Shown piece after piece: positions 61,701-64,000 of a stretch of 64,000 nucleotides of DNA (its first letter is position 1; the number at the start of each line of letters is the position of its first letter). Source of the stretch: Octopus vulgaris (Eukaryota); contig OX597814.1 in assembly GCA_951406725.2 (NCBI GenBank), forward strand, positions 137,268,001-137,332,000, in the 5' to 3' direction. Under the pieces are notes generated by a model. It was not told the origin of the DNA. It saw only the letters and a list, made by a program, of their open reading frames with translations, and did no database searches. Made by a program: the position numbers and the translations under genes.

Positions 61701-62363
61701 GAAACATTGTAGAAAAAAAATCAGTGCTGGCTATAATTTCTACCAAACATCTGTAGAAATAACCTTGACAAATTATATAAGATATATGCATGTGTGTGGT
61801 TATGTAGTCAAGTAATTCACTTCACAACCACATATGGTACTGGTTTTGATATAACTATAGAGCCTTAAGTAAGTTGCTTCTAAAATAGACCCAAGTAAAC
61901 CAAGACTTGACAGTAAAAGCTGAAATTGTTTAGAAACATCAGATGTCTTGACATATCTGTGTGTGTGTGTGTATTATATGTTAAATAGATGTACAATTGC
62001 TACTGTTATGTTTAGAATTCCACAGAAATTTTCAAAATCCAGTTTGTGTTCTGTATAGTTGTTATGAACTGAAGAGAAAATATTGGTAAAATAGGGATAA
62101 ACGCAAGTTTACATTAATGTTCCATTAAGTATATGAGTGCATGTATGTATATTCTTTTACTTGTTTCAGTCATTTGACTGTGGCCATGCTGGACCACTGC
62201 TTTTAGTCAAAGAAGTCGACCCCAGGACTTATTCTTTGTAAGCCTAGTACTTATTCTATTGGGCTCCTTTGCCGAACTGCTAAGTTTCAGGGAAGTGAAG
62301 ACACCAACATCAGTTGTCAAGCAATGGTTGGGGGACAAACACAAATACACACACACACAGATG

Positions 62364-62401
<38 letters not shown>

Positions 62402-62881
62402 GACGAGCTTCTTTCAGTTTCTGCCTACCAAATCCACTCACAAGACTTTGGTCAGCCTGAGGCTATTGTAGAAGACACTGGTCCAAGGTGCCATGCAGTG
62501 GGACTGAACCCAGAACCATGTGGTTGGGAAGCAAGCTTCTTACCACATGGCCACACCTGCACCTATATACGTATTCAAATATATGTATATATTTTTCAAA
62601 CCCTTTTAGAATAGGTTATTTATGATCATAAAAATATTTTCCAGTCTATATTTAATTTGGCTTCATAATTGTTTTCTTTTTACTTATTTTTCAGAAAGAG
62701 CTCTCTTTTCTTTTGAGATGTCATTTCACCCACTGTTCAGCCTAACTAAAGGAAATTGCTTACTGGATTTTCGGCGCCAAGAGAACAGAGCATTTTATAC
62801 TGCTCTTTTCAAGCACATTTTTTATCTTGGCAGTAAAGGTTGCAACAGAACTGCACTTGAATACTGTAAACTTCTACTTAG
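46521..62881 (+). CDS. TCF25: TCF25/Nulp1 (Rqc1 orthologue, ribosome quality control), 3'-partial, 8 exons in window
   Basis: Exons 46521-46706, 51326-51520, 51677-51810, 51923-51988, 56289-56368, 58659-58795, 61029-61128, 62695-62881 are phase-consistent. Motifs MSSRALRRLQ, NRFDL, VEHRHLNPEYELKRLFGSR, WLSTPKDNW, FTFEHNHQYQEIQ, HPYHIDSLIQ, ERALFSFEMSFHPLF, ENRAFYTALFKH, GCNRTALEYCKLLL. Confidence 0.95.
47164..47560. mobile_element. Mutator-like MITE with 9-bp TSD and internal TTAGGG repeats
   Basis: TSD ATTTTGACA at 47155-47163 and 47561-47569; about 65-75-bp imperfect TIRs; GGTTAGGGTTAGGGTTA near 47459-47476. Confidence 0.85.
47900..48540 (+). mobile_element. Highly decayed CR1/L2-like RT fragment
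   Basis: Remnants resembling TSLQL..W..D, FD.V...RL..KL..YG and SGIPQG motifs. Confidence 0.5.
49345..49680 (+). mobile_element. CR1-like LINE 3' fragment
   Basis: NTRGHIYKVRKQHSSHDFRKHFFTLRVAEAWNKLP; ATT tail. Confidence 0.8.
51326..51520 (+). CDS. TCF25: TCF25 exon 2
   Basis: ccttatag acceptor, gtaagg donor; acidic stretch then poly-Lys. Confidence 0.85.
51677..51810 (+). CDS. TCF25: TCF25 exon 3
   Basis: T-tract cag acceptor, gtgata donor; NNDDIDAEIEEAN...IFNVEH. Confidence 0.88.
51923..51988 (+). CDS. TCF25: TCF25 exon 4
   Basis: HLNPEYELKRLFGSRVIKSEL; gtaagt donor. Confidence 0.9.
52832..53300 (-). mobile_element. RTE 3' UTR fragment with subrepeats
   Basis: (CAT)n tail and several ~62-bp units. 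Confidence 0.7.
53740..55453 (+). mobile_element. Degenerate RTE LINE (RT domain with deletion, C-terminus, 3' UTR)
   Basis: ORF 53898-54272 NYRGIKLL..QFGFVPGRSTIDAIF..AFVDIEKAFDRV; FRYL; GAT tail. Confidence 0.9.
56289..56368 (+). CDS. TCF25: TCF25 exon 5
   Basis: SRRNRKGRPTPWLSTPKDNWSPYVKT; phase 2-1. Confidence 0.88.
58659..58795 (+). CDS. TCF25: TCF25 exon 6
   Basis: GLSMSLV...FTFEHNHQYQEIQFKFYDAVESLNTNTIA; gtatgt donor. Confidence 0.9.
61029..61128 (+). CDS. TCF25: TCF25 exon 7
   Basis: DILQDHPYHIDSLIQFSEICKNGEDLNRAKELI; phase 0-1. Confidence 0.9.
61318..61547 (-). mobile_element. tRNA-derived SINE (second family; also about 43110-43255, 52390-52585)
   Basis: Minus strand AGCTGGCAGAATTGTTAGCA (A-box-like) ... 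GAGTTCAAATTCC (B box) then core GAGGTCGACTTTGCCTTTCATCCTTTCGGGGTCG. Confidence 0.8.
61585..61657 (+). ncRNA. Degenerate type I hammerhead ribozyme motif
   Basis: ATGGGTG-CTGATGGA-GGGG(CAAAAA)CCCC-GAAAC-ATGGCAT-ATA-CACTCAT; one extra G in the core and ATA where GTA is expected. Confidence 0.6.
62150..62565 (-). mobile_element. tRNA-derived SINE with internal TA/CA microsatellite
   Basis: Head at 62400-62563 and tail ..CAGTCAAATGACTGAAACAAGTAAAAGAAT on the minus strand. Confidence 0.75.
62695..62881 (+). CDS. TCF25: TCF25 exon 8
   Basis: ERALFSFEMSFHPLF...GCNRTALEYCKLLL; gtataa donor. Confidence 0.92.
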
Positions 62882-63099
62882 GTATAAAGATTCACTGTTA
62901 TGTTTTTGGTACTTATTTACCAAAAAGATGAACATTCATCACTTGCATGTTCATCTTATTTTGGTAGAAAAATAATTCAAATACCCAGTTTCATACAAGT
63001 AAATTCAAAGACTGAGTTTTGGAATTTACTTTTTTATTAGTATTGCTAGCTTGAGAATTTCCTATATTGGCACAAGTCCACTCATTTTTAATTAACTGA

Positions 63100-63415
63100 A
63101 CATGGCTCAGAAGGTAGAGCATCAGACTCACAATCATGCAGTAGTGAGTTCAGTTCCTGGACTGGGCTGTGTGTCGTATTCTTAAGCAAGACACTTTATT
63201 TCATGTTGCTCCAGTTCACTGAGCTGTAGGAATGAGTTGCAATGTCATTACTGGTGCCAAGCTGTATTGGCCTTTGTCTTTCCCTTGGATAACATCAGTA
63301 GCATGGAGCTGTTATGGATGGGCAACTGCTGGTCTTCTATAAACAACCTTGCCCAGACTTGTGCCTTGGAGGGAAAATTCTAAGTGCAATCCCATGGTCA
63401 TGACTGAATGGGGTC
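63100..63415 (+). mobile_element. tRNA-derived SINE (third family; also about 11280-11500)
   Basis: TGGCTCAG..GGTAGAGCA A-box-like, GAGTTCAGTTCC B-box-like, core TTAAGCAAGACACTTTATTTCA. Confidence 0.65.
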
Positions 63416-63587
63416 ATTTTTTTTTTTTTTTTTTTTTTTTGCTCCATTACATGTTTGGTATTTACTTTATCATCTATGGAAGAATGGAAAAAAAAATTGA
63501 TCTCAGAGAGCTTTGAACTTAATGCAGAGGCTGAAACTAAATGCTTCATTCTTAATGATACACTAGAGCTGGTTTTAGCAACTAGAT

Positions 63588-63722
63588 CAGTGGTTCTTAA
63601 CGGGGATCCATAAGACTCTTAGTGGTCCAAAGAATTTTATAAATAAGGAATGGCTATGCTGTCGTGTAAAGTAAAATAAGAATCAAAGGGGTCTATAGAC
63701 CAAAAATGGTTGAAAACCACTG
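63588..63722. mobile_element. hAT-type MITE
   Basis: CAGTGGTTCTTAAC...GTTGAAAACCACTG termini; 8-bp TSD AACTAGAT. Confidence 0.85.
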
Positions 63723-64000
63723 AACTAGATCTACAACTGAGACAGATTTAATCTTTTGCTTAATCAAAAGAAATCAATATTACTTTGTATTTAGCTTTGT
63801 CTGTACTGCAAGAAGTAAACCCCTAACTAATTGAGGCTACATCTCTGCCTCCAATATATAAATTCTTTGTGCCTTGTCAAAAAGAAATTTATATGTTTAA
63901 TTAAACATCTCCGATGACAAAGACATCAAAATAATTACAACTGTAGCTGTAACTGTCACATGGCCAATAGACAGTGTTGTTTGAATGATAGATATAGTGG

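Overview
AT-rich, repeat-dense eukaryotic DNA; the SINE, RTE and MITE families look like those of octopus (coleoid cephalopod), which is my inference from recognition, not a database result. Three spliced genes can be rebuilt with consistent GT-AG sites and reading phases: (1) a very long CENP-T (+, 12 exons, 1-34617, 5' end outside the window, at least 1601 aa, with a 3792-nt acidic repeat exon and a C-terminal histone fold); (2) a complete mitochondrial RBFA (-, 5 exons, 46018-37856, 326 aa); (3) TCF25/Rqc1 (+, first 8 exons from 46521, running off the window), head-to-head with RBFA. Introns hold RTE and CR1 LINE fragments, tRNA-derived SINEs, a DD37D mariner relic, Helitron-, hAT-, Mutator- and piggyBac-type non-autonomous elements and a Penelope-like RT remnant. 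The most notable signal is three type I hammerhead ribozyme motifs with short stem III, in apparently unrelated elements: an intact one at 10600-10660 (sense, in a CENP-T intron), an intact U3-A8 core variant at 27594-27653 inside a tandem-plus-inverted 362-bp retrozyme/pLTR-like repeat, and a degenerate one at about 61585-61657. All three share a 3x1 internal loop in stem I, and two of the elements sit in (TA)n and share a GCCAT-N6-ATGGC hairpin near their ends. This suggests a Penelope-mobilised ribozyme retroelement (retrozyme-like) system. Activity and novelty are untested.
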